A stretch of DNA of 64,000 nucleotides, filler included, from Stramenopiles sp. TOSAG23-6 (GCA_900128565.1; 12 parts of 12 records of this genome joined end to end with filler, not necessarily neighbours in it); one strand, 5' to 3'; positions 45,185 to 58,794 are shown, numbered from the whole stretch's first letter. Translations and numbers: made by a program. Notes: generated by a model from the sequence alone, not told the origin.

Positions 45185-48100
45185 ATGGTCCTTCCCGGAG
45201 TCCCCGTCTTACAGGCATCATTACAAAAACTTTCTCATGGGTCAAATGACAAACTAAGTAGCTGGGACACTCACTTCTTCCGCACAAATGTGAGTAGTCG
45301 AAGTCTCGAATATTACAAAAATGAAACGGCCCCATCAGGGAAAATGCTTGGGTCAATACCGCTTGAGGATATTCAAGCAATCACTCGAGTTGATCAGCGA
45401 CATTTTGTCTTGAAAATAAATTTATTGTTGGGTTCAGAAACGCCAGAAACGTCTAAATATTGGTTGGATAAGCTAGAGGGATTTATTCACGAGAATGCCG
45501 CACACCAATGTGGACAAGCTGTAGTGAATGCTCGAAAAGATGTGGAAATGAAGAACAAAGCTGCACGTTCAGTTGAAGGCCCAGCAACGCGACCATCACG
45601 CCGTCGCTCACGAAAACTCCATAAAAGATTAAGCTCTAAAATTGGAAAAGTTGGAGCTAAAGCTGCAAGTAAAGTGAAGGGTGGAGTGACTAGAGGTTCT
45701 CACATTGTTGCGAAGCATGCAGATAATTTCGTGTCGAATTCTCGCGCAACAAAAGGTTTGAGAAATGCTGTAAAGAGTATTGATAATTCTTCACACATTA
45801 AAAAAATACGAAATGCTGGGCATATGGCAACAATTGCTTTTATGGGTTCACCAGACGACATTGGTGGAATTACTTTTGAGGAATTTAGACGTTGGTATCT
45901 TGAAACACAAGTTGATGAAGATATGAGATATATTCAAGAAAAAAATAAGGATAACAAAAATGCTAATCAGGCTGGTTATATGTATAACTTATTTCAAAGG
46001 TTTGACGAAGATAATTCTGGTACGCTTGAGAAGGAAGAAGTTCGAAAACTTTTGAAAATGCTTGGAAAGAAATCAACAGGTTTATTTCGCTTGAAAAGGT
46101 CCAAATTAGATGCGGCCTTTGCAGAGATGGATTCAGATTGTTCTGGAATGATAAGTTTTGACGAGTTTGTCGACTGGTGGCAGTGGAAGCATCCTGAAGA
46201 AAAAGTTGAATGTATGTTTTATTTTTTTCAAATTCGATTTTTTTTTCGTACGAAATTTTGTACCCAACGATTTTTTTTTGAAATATTTTTCCAAAATACA
46301 TGGACTGTAGATCAACGTATTAAATATTTGTTTGATAAAATTGATACGGATAATTCAAATTTACTAGAGAAAAAAGAAGTTAGAAAATTATCTAAACTTT
46401 TAGGTAATCGACTCACATCCATGTGGAAAGGGCAAGATGCTTTAGACCGTGCGTATCAAGAAATGGCATCTAAAAGGCCAGAAAGAATGCCGGACTTTGA
46501 GGATGATGCTGTGGATGAGACGAAAAGCAGTGATATAGATGATGCCGATGATGCCGAAGATGTTATGGATGAATCTAAGAATAGTGAAATTTATGAAGAA
46601 TCTAAGCAAGTGAATAATAATGAATTGGATACAAACGTAGACAAGGAAGCAAATCAAACAAGCATTGCAAACAAAAATGCTGCTACTAAGAAGGAAAGTA
46701 GTCCTCGAACTGTTAGACAAAGGAATATTTATGCTGATTTTCCATCCTCAATCAGTGAACGAGTTGAAAAGAAAAGTTCAAAGAAGAAGAAAAAGAAAGC
46801 GAAACAGTCAAAGGTGGTTAAGAAATCAGTAAAAACAAAACAAAATATGAAAGACGAAAGTCCGCCAATGACACCAGCGCCACCTACGAAGCCATATACA
46901 CCAGATGGATCAAAAACCAAAACAAGACTCCCACCAAATACAAATCAAATTTCAAGTGAACTAACTTTCGATGAAAAGATACCAAAGCAGAAAATTTCAA
47001 CCAAAGAGGTTTCAAATGAAAAACCAACAAAGCGGAAAACTTCAACTGAAAAAACAACAAAGCGTAAAACTTCAAATGAAAAAACAACAAAGCGGAAAAC
47101 TTCAAATGAAAAACCAACGAAGCGGAAAACTTCAAATGAAAAAACAACAAAGCGGAAAACTTCAACCGAAGAAATTTCAAACGAAAAACCAACGAAGTTG
47201 AAAACTTCAACTGAAGAAATTTCAAATGAAAAAGTTTTAAATAAAAAAAAACAACAAACTCCAAAGACATTTGATGAAATATCTAAAGAATTAACAAAGT
47301 TCTACCACCGTTACGCACCTGATCGAGTTCACAAGGTACCTAAAGTATTGAAAAAATACAAAGGCAAGGAAGGCATTCTATACGACATGTACAAGAAAAA
47401 GTACGGCGATGCTCCAGATATTCTACTTCATTTGAAAAACGAGATGGTGGAGGATGATATAAAAGCCATAGAACCAGCAAAAACAACAAACAAAGTACAA
47501 AAGAGTTATAAAAAAGATCCACCAGTCCCCCCTCCGACTGCAGCGGTAAGTATTTCAAATAAAATTACGAAAGCACCACCAGTACTACCTGTTGACAGTA
47601 CACCACCAAGCAGTATAATTGAGAAGGATCATTCAGTAGAGGACAGTGAAACAATGGGGGATAGCTTGTCATTTACTGCAAATCAACACCAAGATGACAA
47701 TAATGGGGATGAGGATGGTGAGGAGGAGGAAGATGGGGAAGATGATGTTGATAAGGAGGATGGTGGTGATGAGGAGGATGATGAAATGGAAGAAGATGAT
47801 GGAGAAAATGATGGAGATGATGGAGAAGATGATCGGGAAGATGATGGGGAAGATGATGGGGAAGATGATGGGGAAGATGATGGGGAAGATGGGGAAGATG
47901 ATGTCGGAGGATCATGGGATGATGAACCAGAACAAGAGAAATTGCTTCAAAGTAATCAGGAGGATTCTAAAACAATACGCAATGTAAAAGAGTACGTAAA
48001 TAATCAATATTCTGAAAGTGACCACGAAGATGATGTAGTCAAAGAATCTGAAGTAAAATATACAGAACCTGAGTCTGAAGAATCTGAATCTGAAGAGGGT

Positions 48101-48365
48101 GGTTCATGGGATGATGAAGATGATGATGATAATGATAATGATGATGATGAAAATAATGATAAATTTGATGATAAAGTTGATGATGATGACGATGATGACG
48201 ATAAAGTGGATTATGAAAATAATGATAAAGTTGATGATGAAAATAATGATAAAGATGGCGCTGAGGATAAAAGAAGCCACGAAGAAGAATATGATGAAAA
48301 TGAGTCATCTATGAGTAGTATCCCTGATATACAAAATGAAGCATCAATGAGTAGTATCCCTGATA
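45185..48365 (+). CDS. PH + EF-hand protein with long K-rich and acidic tail, 3' partial; intron 46212-46301
   Basis: PH-like N-terminus (LQKL..W....F...LEYYK...GSIPL); EF hands DEDNSGTLEKEE, DSDCSGMISFDE, DTDNSNLLEKKE. Confidence 0.8.
46212..46301 (+). other. family intron, GT-AT, 90 nt, phase 1, in frame and stop-free
   Basis: gaa t|GTATGTTTT...TACCCAAC...CCAAAATACAT|gg act; read through in the ORF track as CMFYFFQIRFFFRTKFCTQRFFFEIFFQNT. Confidence 0.85.
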
Positions 48366-49059
48366 NNNNNNNNNNNNNNNNNNNNNNNNNNNNNNNNNNN
48401 NNNNNNNNNTTAATTAATTAANNNNNNNNNNNNNNNNNNNNNNNNNNNNNNNNNNNNNNNNNNNNTTTGTACCTAACAAATTTTAATTTTTTTTTTAAAT
48501 ATTTTTCCAAAATACATACATCTTCTGGAAAAAACAAAAAAAAAAAAAAACGAAAACGAAATCGTGATTATGATTAACTGTAAATTATGTTTTTTTTTTG
48601 AAATGTAAAAAAAGAGATGGGTTGAAGATATACTGGGTTTTGATGTATAAAATCCTTGTAAAAAAATGTAAATTGGGTTTTGAAATTGAATGTTATATAA
48701 TAAAATTCTTTTTAAAACGTTGTTTTTTTTTCGTTCGAAATCGATTTCGATTTCGGATTTATTTAGATTTGATTATAAATTTCAAAATCGACAAAAAATC
48801 AAAAAAAAAAAAAAAAAAAAAATTCGACGTCGTGTCAAATTCCCTTGGTCAAACACAAAAAACAAAGATTGATCAATTGATTCCATGATCATATAATATA
48901 TCAAAAGAGTATTGAAATATAGTAGTATACTCTTATATCATTATACATTTCATCATTCCTTGTACATTTCTCTGTTATATATTGTTTGATCTAGTTCAAA
49001 CATTGTATTTCCAGAGAGACATTGAAGCATAACACTAATTGAGATAGTACAATTACATA

Positions 49060-50040
49060 ATGAATAGTTTGAGTTCATCTGAAAATACTTTGCTAGGTAT
49101 TGTCACTGGAGCAGAAGTTCTTTTGGTTGTTCAACCTTTAATATTTTGGAAAAATAGTAAACAACAGTCATTACCCTTTACTGCTAATCCACGTACAATA
49201 TATAGAGGTCTTGGTGCTTCTGTGTCTTCTCAAGCGTCCGTCACTGGTGTGCAATTCTTCACGACTGGCATCATTAAACATTTCTTGACACAAGATTCTG
49301 ATAGAAATCTATCATCAACAGAAACTATATTATCTTCTCTCATTGGTGGTTGTTGTAGTGGATTACTATGTGGACCCACAGAACTTTTAATGATTCAACA
49401 ACAAAGACATGTACATTTTTTATGTTTCATTTCTAATTTCTAATTTTTTTTTATAGAAAATTTTGTACCTAAGAAAAAAAACATTTTTTTACTATTTTTT
49501 TTTGTATAGGGTGGAACATTAATTAATGCAGCGAAACAATTATGGAAAGGAAAAGGAATTACAAGTATGACACGTGGCATTCTTCCATCTATAATGAGAG
49601 AAGGTGTGTATTGTACAGGATATTTAGGTATAGCACCAGTGGTTTCAATACATTTTGAAAATACTTTTGTTAATAATAATAATAATAATAGAAAAAATTT
49701 TGAACATTCTGAACATTCTGAACATTCTGAACATTCAGACACATTTGAAAATTCTGGTGGAATTCGTGCACGATTAGCAGGTGCAATTGTGGGTGGTCTT
49801 TTTGCTGGTATTGTTAGTCATCCACTTGACACAATTAAAACAAAATTACAAGGCGATGGTTTAAGTAAGAAATATTGTACCATCCGTGACGTCATTGTAG
49901 AAACACGAAATAATAGAGGTTTAATCAATGGATTGTATAAAGGAGTTTTATGGAGAAGTGCTACAATAATCACAGCTACTTTACTTATGAATATATTTAA
50001 AGATTATACAGCACCTGTTTTATTTCCTACAAAATTATAA
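49060..50040 (+). CDS. mitochondrial carrier family (SLC25) protein; GT-AG intron 49411-49509
   Basis: QPLIFWKN..Q, PTELLMIQQQ, HPLDTIKTKLQGD signatures. Confidence 0.9.
49411..49509 (+). other. family intron with canonical GT-AG ends, 99 nt, phase 0
   Basis: cat|GTACATTTT...TTTTGTACCTAAG...GTATAG|ggt gga, in frame with ATG 49567. Confidence 0.85.
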
Positions 50041-50096
50041 ATTACAAAAAAAAAAAAAAAAAATTTTATAAAAAATTAATTTATTTTTTTTTTTTT

Positions 50097-52016
50097 TTAT
50101 TCTACTTCTTCATGATTGAAATCACATGAATGAATGAAGGAATCAGATGATGATGATAATATATTTGAAGATTCAGTCATAGATATACCACGTAATAATG
50201 CACCAATACTTGTTCTCATATTTACTTCATAATTTGACCAATGTTCCATTTCAGGTGTTTGTGTTTTTGGCGTATTTCGTGTTTTTGGTGTATTGACATA
50301 TTCAGTGATTTGTGTTGTTGGTGAATCTATAGTATATTGAATAGTATTATTATTATTATTATTATTATCTGTTGTTGAAATTTGTAATGAATCCATCAAT
50401 ATTTTTTTTTCTTCAAAATCATTTGATTTTGTTGTATTACACGAAATATGTTTTTTATTTCTCGTATTTTTTGTATTTTTTGTATTTATTTCATTTTGTT
50501 TTGGAGAATCTTTTACTTGTGTAAGTAACATATCATAAAATGGATTTGATTCTTTTTTTTTTGATACAGTATACAATACATTTGAGTTTGAAGAAATATT
50601 TGTTGTTGGGAATGTACAAATATTTTTTTCATTTGTTGTACATTTCGTGTTGATTTTATTTTTTTCATTTGTTGTACATTTCGTATGTATTGTTTTTGTT
50701 GTTATAACTGGTGTTTTTTTTTGAACTGTTACTTTTGAATCTACTTTTATTGTATACAATGATGATACAATAGCAGGTGCTGAAATTGCCCGATTTCGTG
50801 ATTTTTGTATTGTTTCAATCCCATTTGTTTCTTTGCCACGTATCATACAATTTGTGATTGAATTTCGTTTTGGTTTTGCAAAACTTCCTAATAAACAAGG
50901 TTTTGTCACTTTTGTAAGTAAAGGTCCATTACCACACTTATTTTTGACACGTGTCATAAATGTATCAAATGAAATTTNTTTTTTTAGACATATTTCAATA
51001 CATGCTTCTTTAAATTCAGAAATTCCTAAACGTCGATTAATTTTCGATTTTAATTTTGTAAATATTAAATCAACATCAGTTACAGTCAATTGTGTTTTTT
51101 TATTTTTTTGGTTTTTTTGTGTTTTTTTTTTTTTTTCTATTTTTATTTTTTTTATTTTATTTTGTATTTTTTTATTTTTTTTATTTTTTTTATTTTTTTG
51201 AATTTTTTGGTGTATATCATGATTGGATTGTTGAGTAGTTATATCATGATTGTATTGTTGTAGTTGTTGTTTTGGTTGTTTTATATCCTCTTTATCATTA
51301 TTTTCAATATTATCTAAAAAACAACAATCTTTAACAAATTTAGCAAAACTTTTTGAGTCCATTGAATTTGAATTATTTCTCCCTAATTCACAATATGCTT
51401 TAAATGTAGTATATAAAGTATGTATTGACTCATTAGTTGATTTACTCATTGAACTTCTAAGGGATGCGGCCAAAAGAGCATCACGTGAAAGAGCAGCTTT
51501 CTTTTTTTTTTTTCGTTGATTTCGTGTTTTTTGTATTGTATTGGAAATAAATGATAATTCCTTTATAGATTTCGTTACACTAGACAAAGAAGGCCCACCG
51601 GTAAAAATTACTTTTTTCATAATAAATAACCAATTTGATTTTTTAATTACAGATATTGCTTTGGTTGCATCAATAAATTGAGAAAAATTCATTTTCCGGG
51701 CATTTCGTGTCGCTCTAATAATTCGTGTAAACACGAGATCAACATCAACTAAGCTCAAATTTTCATCTAATAATTTTGCATCACGAATAACCTTTGCAAA
51801 ACCAGCACGATGTAGCTCAGGATATGAATTTGTTGATAATGGTGATTCTGTGTTATTGTTTGATCTATAGTCTTTTGTATATTTAACTGTTGTTTTGTTG
51901 GTAGTCATTTTAGTTGATTTTGATTGACGGTGACTTCCAAAAGCACAAAATTTCTGGAACACTACACGTAATTCTTCAATGTGTTTTATCTCTGAAATAT
52001 CATGTATAATCGACAT
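50097..52016 (-). CDS. p25-alpha/TPPP-like domain protein (two copies)
   Basis: F..FCAFG...FAKVIRDAKLLD..L...DVDLVF..; MDSKSFAKFVKDC...LTVTDVDLIFTKLK. Confidence 0.75.
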   Translation of the reverse strand: MSIIHDISEIKHIEELRVVFQKFCAFGSHRQSKSTKMTTNKTTVKYTKDYRSNNNTESPLSTNSYPELHRAGFAKVIRDAKLLDENLSLVDVDLVFTRIIRATRNARKMNFSQFIDATKAISVIKKSNWLFIMKKVIFTGGPSLSSVTKSIKELSFISNTIQKTRNQRKKKKKAALSRDALLAASLRSSMSKSTNESIHTLYTTFKAYCELGRNNSNSMDSKSFAKFVKDCCFLDNIENNDKEDIKQPKQQLQQYNHDITTQQSNHDIHQKIQKNKKNKKNKKIQNKIKKIKIEKKKKTQKNQKNKKTQLTVTDVDLIFTKLKSKINRRLGISEFKEACIEICLKKXISFDTFMTRVKNKCGNGPLLTKVTKPCLLGSFAKPKRNSITNCMIRGKETNGIETIQKSRNRAISAPAIVSSLYTIKVDSKVTVQKKTPVITTKTIHTKCTTNEKNKINTKCTTNEKNICTFPTTNISSNSNVLYTVSKKKESNPFYDMLLTQVKDSPKQNEINTKNTKNTRNKKHISCNTTKSNDFEEKKILMDSLQISTTDNNNNNNNTIQYTIDSPTTQITEYVNTPKTRNTPKTQTPEMEHWSNYEVNMRTSIGALLRGISMTESSNILSSSSDSFIHSCDFNHEEVE

Positions 52017-52516
52017 TATGCTTTATGTTTTGTATGAAAACAGACACAATGCACAAACGTTTAGTTATCGTTTGGTTATAAGTGAAACACGAAGTTCTTC
52101 CATCAACTGTTTAATCCAACCAACCACATTGTACTGATATATTTTAGATATATTTTAGATAGAGTGGTCCAATTGAACTAAATAAAACAAGGCAAGTATA
52201 CAATAGAATAAATATAGGTGTCAGATAACTGAGAATCTGCTCTTATTTGTATATCAATGTGATGTTGAGGCTTTGTTATTTGATTAATATGTTATATATT
52301 TATGTTACAATTGTATTTTTTTATCTTGACCATTGGAAAAATCATTTTTTTTTGATGGCTCAGCTCATTGAAAAATTTCGATTTGAAAATTTGCTGAAAA
52401 TTTGGAATTGAAAATTTGAAATCGAATTTTAATTCTCAAAAATCTCAGAAACAACAAAATCATCATTCTTCAATAATTATTTTATCTTGTCGCGACGTCC
52501 ACAATCACCATTATCA

Positions 52517-53637
52517 ATGGTTCACTTTGACTTTGGCAACCCAAGTGGTTCATCTCAACCTGTTGAGTGGTCGTCGAATGTAAGTTTTAGTTTTCCAAGT
52601 GCAGCAATTCGGTCTGAAAGAGATGAAGGGCCTTGGATTGGAATTCATACGCACGGCTCAGAGTCTCTATACGACAAGGACTTCTGGTTTCGAGCTACTA
52701 CTAAACGGATGAGTGGTTTTCTTTGGGATTCTAAATACACCCCACCACCTGGAACGTATGATATGCTCATGGTACCTCGTGGAGGTTCACCGAAATCACC
52801 TCTTGGACGTATCACATTTGTTATCAGAGGAGATGAAGTTCCAAGTAGTTTGTTTAATCCACTACGTGGTTATGAAAGTACTGCGGAGGAAATTCTTCAA
52901 TATGCAAAGTCACACTCTGCTTGTGGTTGGAATGAATGGCTGAATCAGCTTCAAAATGATCTTGATCCAGGAGAAGATGTCCTTCTTAGTAAATTGATGG
53001 GCGTTGAAAGTGTTAGTAGCCATCGCTTGATAGGTTTCGAAGATTGGTCTCGAATATTTCGAAGAGCAGTTAGCCTTGGTGTTTTAGACAGTACTAAAAT
53101 ACCTACTCTTCAATTATCAAATCATTCAACTACCCCACCAAGTTTAGTAAATATTTCCTCATTCAATTCAAATTTGTATCCAAGTTTGAATACATTTTTG
53201 AAAAATAAAGTTCGTACGACTTGGTGTGAACGAGACAAGACATTTAATCTTCAAACACTTGAAACTCTTTCAATGAGAATATTTCAATGGAGATTGTTAC
53301 AACTACTTGGTGCCCCTGATCAGAATGTATCTCAAGTATTTACTTCTGTGCCATTTGTGAGACAATTATTTGATTCTGAAGAAATGGTAGTAGTATTGCT
53401 TACTTCAGGTGACTCTACTCGATGGCGGTGTGTTTTTCAAATATTCAATGATATTGCTTCTAAAGATAATCGTTCAATGTCTGGTATTTATATGAAAATA
53501 GCTTTTTCTGTTGCATTTTCATATTCATCTATTGACAAGAAAATAGAGGATGCTTTAGAAAGATATCAAACAATTGTTGATGCGGTAGAGAACGATTACT
53601 TTTATCCATCATTTAAGGATTGTACAACTTGGCAAAT
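52517..53637 (+). CDS. hypothetical protein, 3' partial
   Basis: Long ORF ending at family donor at|GTACGT (53638). Confidence 0.65.
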
Positions 53638-53898
53638 GTACGTTGTTTCATTATGAATTTCAAATTTATTTTTTTTTCATAGTAAATTTTGTACCTAACA
53701 AAAAAACAAAATTGAAATATTTTTCNNNNNNNNNNNNNNNNNNNNNNNNNNNNNNNNNNNNNNNNNNNNTTAATTAATTAANNNNNNNNNNNNNNNNNNN
53801 NNNNNNNNNNNNNNNNNNNNNNNNNTTTCAATTTTCGTTGTTGGGTACAAAATTTCGTACCAAAAAAAAAAACAAAACAATTAAAGTGGACAACATAC

Positions 53899-54491
53899 TA
53901 TAGCAATATGTTTATGTGCTCGTAAATCAGTTTCGCAATGATCTTTAGGGTCTGCTTTAAATGGATGAGATGGAGATTGAACGCATGTTTTTGGTTCAAC
54001 GTGATTTGGTTTTGATTCAGCATGAATCGGTTTTGTCGAATCCATTTGATAATCACTATCGTCAGAAGCATGAATCGNNNNNNNNNNNNNNNNNNNNNNN
54101 NNNNNNNNNNNNNNNNNNNTTTTGTCGTAGTTTCTATTCTAGTGATATGAACAGAATCTATTTGATAATCACTATCGTCTGAAGAGTGAGAAGAAACACT
54201 ACTCACACTACTACAGTCACTATGCAGATCTACCTTGTTTTTATTTTCAACATATATCTTATCTTGGGCTTCCTTGAGATCTTGTATTCGTCGAGCTTGC
54301 TCGGATGCTTCATAGAAATGAAGTTCTCGTTCAGTTGTAGTCAAAGTTTGAACTTTTGGAACTATTTGAAATGATGATAGCGAAGTAGCACACTTTTGTG
54401 TCACCCGGGAAATGACTTCAAAACTATTTTTTTCAGTAGCACCATTCCTAGCCTTTCTAAATCGTCGACGCCCCGAGGAATGTTTTACCAT
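53899..54491 (-). CDS. hypothetical protein, partial, spans an internal gap
   Basis: Open frame with SDDSDY repeats; family donor at 53898. Confidence 0.45.
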
Positions 54492-55024
54492 AATCACCAC
54501 TGATATATCAACTACTGTTACTCTTTAAGTGCTTCTTTTCAATACACTATATTTTTCCAGTATACCTTTACTGCAGAGTGATTTGAGATTTGATATTTCA
54601 GATGATATTGTGTAGATTCTTTCACTAGTAAAGGACAACTTGATGTTGGTTATTGCTATTTTACTGAAAGTGGTGTTGCTGAAGACAATAAAAAGAAGCT
54701 TTCAAAGTGGTTTACTAAAAATCGGCTATAAATCGAAATATATAGCTGACTTTCTACGATCCCGGTACCCAAAGATTCTCCACAATTTTGATTATTATTT
54801 TTGTCTCTATTTTGTCGGACATTGATTAGGGTTATTGAGGTTATTGATCCTCTGTCGGAGATTGATTATTATTATTTTTTGTAAAAATTGAGTGGCCCTT
54901 GCTGTGGCCGAACAATCTGTGTCACCACACAAAACGACACATAATTACACATACAGGCATACAGGCTTATAATAAGTAATTATTCAGGAATTACTCTTGC
55001 ACAGGCACCATAATCTATCTAAGT

Positions 55025-56317
55025 ATGGGGGAAATTCATGCAATAGCAACAACGCAGCAGAAGTTGGACTTTTATAAACCACCTAGTGCTATGAAATTTG
55101 TCACTGAAAAGAAGTACCTCAAAGGAATGAAACTTTTGGACATAGAAAGTTCACAAGACGAGGCTTTGGTATCTCTTGAATTTGCTGCGAGACTTGGGCA
55201 TGCAAAGGCACAAATCCAGCTATATCACATTTATGGAGATCGTACCAGAGCTTTAGAGTGGTTAACATTTGCGGCGGAGAAAGGTGATACCGAAGCTCAG
55301 TACTTGCTTTCCTGTCATATCCGGAAACAGCTACCGGGTGAACACTCTAACGAGACTAACGAGACTAACGAGACTCCTACTTCTTGGTTGACTTTGCTGA
55401 TGAACGCGGCATGCAAAGGCCACGCTGATGCGCAAAGGGAGCTTGCTATTTGTTATTTGAATGGCGTCGGTGTGCTGAAGTGTGACACCAAAGGCTGTTC
55501 TAGATTCGAGGCTGCGAGTCATTGGCTGTTGAAAGCTTCGGCACAAAATCATGCGTCTGCTCAATTCAAGCTTGCGACTCTCTACGTTAGATACGCCAGT
55601 TGTCAGACGAGTGGCTCACTCAAAGAAGTTGTACAATTATATACAAAATCGGCAGAGAATTACAATGAAGCGGCAATGTGGGTCTTGATTGATATATATA
55701 ATAATGGCAAGTTTGGCGAACCAAAATGTCTTAAAAAGTCATTTATGTGGTATGAAAAGTTAGCTAATCTAGGTGATAGTAAAGCCCAATATGAACTAGG
55801 TGTACGTTTTAAGCTTGGCGATGGATGTAGGCAGTGTAACGTGAAAGCATTTGAATGGTTTTCAATTTCAGCTGGCAATGGCAATAAAGATGCACTCAGT
55901 GCTGTTGCTCATTGCTACGAGAGAGGTTGTGGCGTGGAAAAGTCTTTGCTTCAAGCTTCACGATTGCAAAAAATTGCTGGGGAGTTTGAAAGAGCAACGA
56001 AGACAAATGGTGTCGCATATGTACGTTTTAAAAATTGAATTGAATTTTGTTTTTTGTCGTTTTTTGTACGAAATTCCGTACCTAACGATTTAAAACAAAA
56101 AATTGAAATATTTTTCACAATATATGTAGACACTGCGTATGTTTGTGAGTCTGCGCGCACGTGGAATAAGTGCAAATTGCGGCGAGCTATCCAGACATCC
56201 ACCAAGCACAGAACAATTGGGATAAAAAAACATGAGTCAAAACAACACCGGCGCGACCAACGACGACACTGGAAACAAATAAATTGGTCCAAGGGTCGAA
56301 GAAATAATTGGTCCTAA
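55025..56317 (+). CDS. Sel1-repeat protein; intron from 56021 to 56125 (AT) or 56129 (AG)
   Basis: Multiple AA..G...AQ..L...Y..G.G repeats; both acceptors give open last exons. Confidence 0.85.
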
Positions 56318-56714
56318 TGAATCTCGACATTTGAAAATTTGAAAGTATACTTTCATCTAATTTTATCGTAACATAATAAATCCTAATAAATTTTACTACC
56401 CTGGCGCTGGGTAATAAATATTTCCCCAAATTTTCTTAATAACTAGTTATTGAACGAATTGCTGAAATTTTCTACATCTAAGCTATATGATACCTCTATC
56501 TCAAATACCGTACCGTCAAATCAAATATTCGGGGATTTTTTTTTTTCACATTTTTTCACATTTTTTCAAATGAATTTTGTTTGATGTTTTATTAAATTTT
56601 GAACATGATCGAGAGCGATTCCTTTTAAGTCCTTACAATAACCTGATCGTAAAACGTCGTGTCGAGAGTATTGAGAGAAAGTTTACTGGATTTGTCCACC
56701 GCAGGATTGATCTT

Positions 56715-57623
56715 ATGTCAAGTATAATTACATCTGTTGCGAATGCAGCAACATTGGCAGCAGCATTTATAGGCTTTTATCGCACATACAAAATCATTGG
56801 TGCTGTTAATTCTTCTAAAGCTTATCGCGGCAAGGTTCAACTCAAATTTTGGGTACTATTTGGTGGTCTTTCATCTATTTCGAATATCATTCCGAGTTTA
56901 ATTCTTATTCGTACAATACTTGTGGTATTAATGTCTCTTCCAGGAAATATAAAAGATGATTTTTCAGGACCTAGTATAACTGAAACAATATTTAGCCGAG
57001 CAGCAATTCCAATGCTCAGAATATTCGAGGAACGACTATTGCCTAGTATTTCAGAGCTTCGACATAATGGACAACGTGCTATTGCTATGGGTGTTTTCGA
57101 ACTGCAATCAACAATGGGTCGTCATGCTTACTCAGATAGTCGTCTGAAATTATTACCTTTTACAGAGCTACTTCAATTGGAGTCACACTATTCTTCGTTA
57201 TTGATGAGTCTTAAGCAGGAAGAGCGCCGACGCACCACTTCTGAGCTTACAGACTACAAATCACACCTAGATCGTGTCACCCATTTAGGTAATTCAGTTA
57301 TGAACTCTCTTTCCTCAAATAGCCTGAAAGTAGCTGATGTAAGTACAAAAAATATTTCATCAAGTGGATGTTGCAGTACCGGGATTTCTCCAAGTAAAGT
57401 GGGTAATAAAAAATCTGTTTTAGATAGTTGGCTTAGTTGGCTTGGTGGTAGCACGGGTGATTCTACTACAAATCAAGACATATCTGCAAAACATAGTGGA
57501 AGTAATGATGGATCTTACGAAATTTTGGAGAACTTCGAGACACCGAAACCCAAAGTAAGATTCAGGAAAAATAGAAGATTAAGAGAAACAATTGGAGTTT
57601 TTCGACGCGGAGGTATAAAATAG
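56715..57623 (+). CDS. HVA22/REEP-like membrane protein
   Basis: FYRTYKII...QLKFWVLFG hydrophobic hairpin pattern; similarity judged by eye. Confidence 0.45.
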   Translation: MSSIITSVANAATLAAAFIGFYRTYKIIGAVNSSKAYRGKVQLKFWVLFGGLSSISNIIPSLILIRTILVVLMSLPGNIKDDFSGPSITETIFSRAAIPMLRIFEERLLPSISELRHNGQRAIAMGVFELQSTMGRHAYSDSRLKLLPFTELLQLESHYSSLLMSLKQEERRRTTSELTDYKSHLDRVTHLGNSVMNSLSSNSLKVADVSTKNISSSGCCSTGISPSKVGNKKSVLDSWLSWLGGSTGDSTTNQDISAKHSGSNDGSYEILENFETPKPKVRFRKNRRLRETIGVFRRGGIK

Positions 57624-57961
57624 AAGATTAAGAGAAACAATGGGTGGTTTTAGGTTATCAAGTAGTCGCGATGAAAAAAATGGTTTATTCTATGAAAGGG
57701 TTACTAGTTACAACTTTTTTTGTTGTACGAGATTTTATGCCTAAAATAATTGTAGACCTTTTATAAGGAATTTTACTATGCCTAAAATACTAATAGTAAG
57801 TCTATATTTCATNTTTAGTACAACAATATTTTTGTATACAATTTACGATTTAATTAATTTTATTCCTTTTTAAACATACTTTTCTCTACAAAAAGTTTTA
57901 TTCTTTAAATCTTTATTCTCAATCTATTCTTTATGCTTCAGCGTTTACATCTTCTATGAGC

Positions 57962-58414
57962 TTATCTTTTGTAATTCAAGATTAAACCAATGGCTGTTGC
58001 TAGTAGTAAAATAACTAGAACCAACATTGCAATGATTTTCCCATAGTTACGAGAATTTGTAGAAATATCATTTTGTTTTGTTGAAAAGCTTTGTACTGGA
58101 ACTTTCACCGCTTTCACAGCACGTAGGGGGTTTTCTATTTTATTCTTTTTCGCACTTTTCTCATTTCCCTTAGATGCTGCAGGCTGAGTTTCTACAATAT
58201 GCGTAACATAGTTGGCAGGAAATATTCCTGATTTTTCACCGTTGAGTTCTTTACCATACCACCAAGTGTTCTCAGGCTCAACCAGATAGAGACCAACATA
58301 TTCCTTATATGCAACGAGTTCTATTTCATCTTGCTCTTCAGTTGTGTAGTCAAAAAGTGCCATGAGACGAACTCCCTTTGGAGGTTGATTTGTTTTATTG
58401 GCTGTACTTAACAT
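57962..58414 (-). CDS. SH3 domain protein with C-terminal TM anchor
   Basis: ALFDY...DEIEL...WWYG...GIFPANYV. Confidence 0.88.
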   Translation of the reverse strand: MLSTANKTNQPPKGVRLMALFDYTTEEQDEIELVAYKEYVGLYLVEPENTWWYGKELNGEKSGIFPANYVTHIVETQPAASKGNEKSAKKNKIENPLRAVKAVKVPVQSFSTKQNDISTNSRNYGKIIAMLVLVILLLATAIGLILNYKR

Positions 58415-58794
58415 CTATAGTTAAGTCAGTACTAATTTTCAACAAAAATCAAAACTTAAAATAATATACTGAGGCGTTTTAACACTTTCAAAAATGTAGA
58501 GATATAATTGGATCTATTCTCAAAATAGTAGCTACGTTTTATGTGTAGTAGTAGTGAAAAGAAAGATATTATTGTAATATTAGATCTCTCAGGATCTCAG
58601 GATAGAATTTAACGTACGAAATTCTGAAATTTTCAATTTCATCAATTTTTGAATTCGATGGGAGACCGGGTAACTCCAACTTTAAATTTAAAATTCTGTA
58701 ANNNNNNNNNNNNNNNNNNNNNNNNNNNNNNNNNNNNNNNNNNNNNNNNNNNNNNNNNNNNNNNNNNNNNNNNNNNNNNNNNNNNNNNNNNNNG

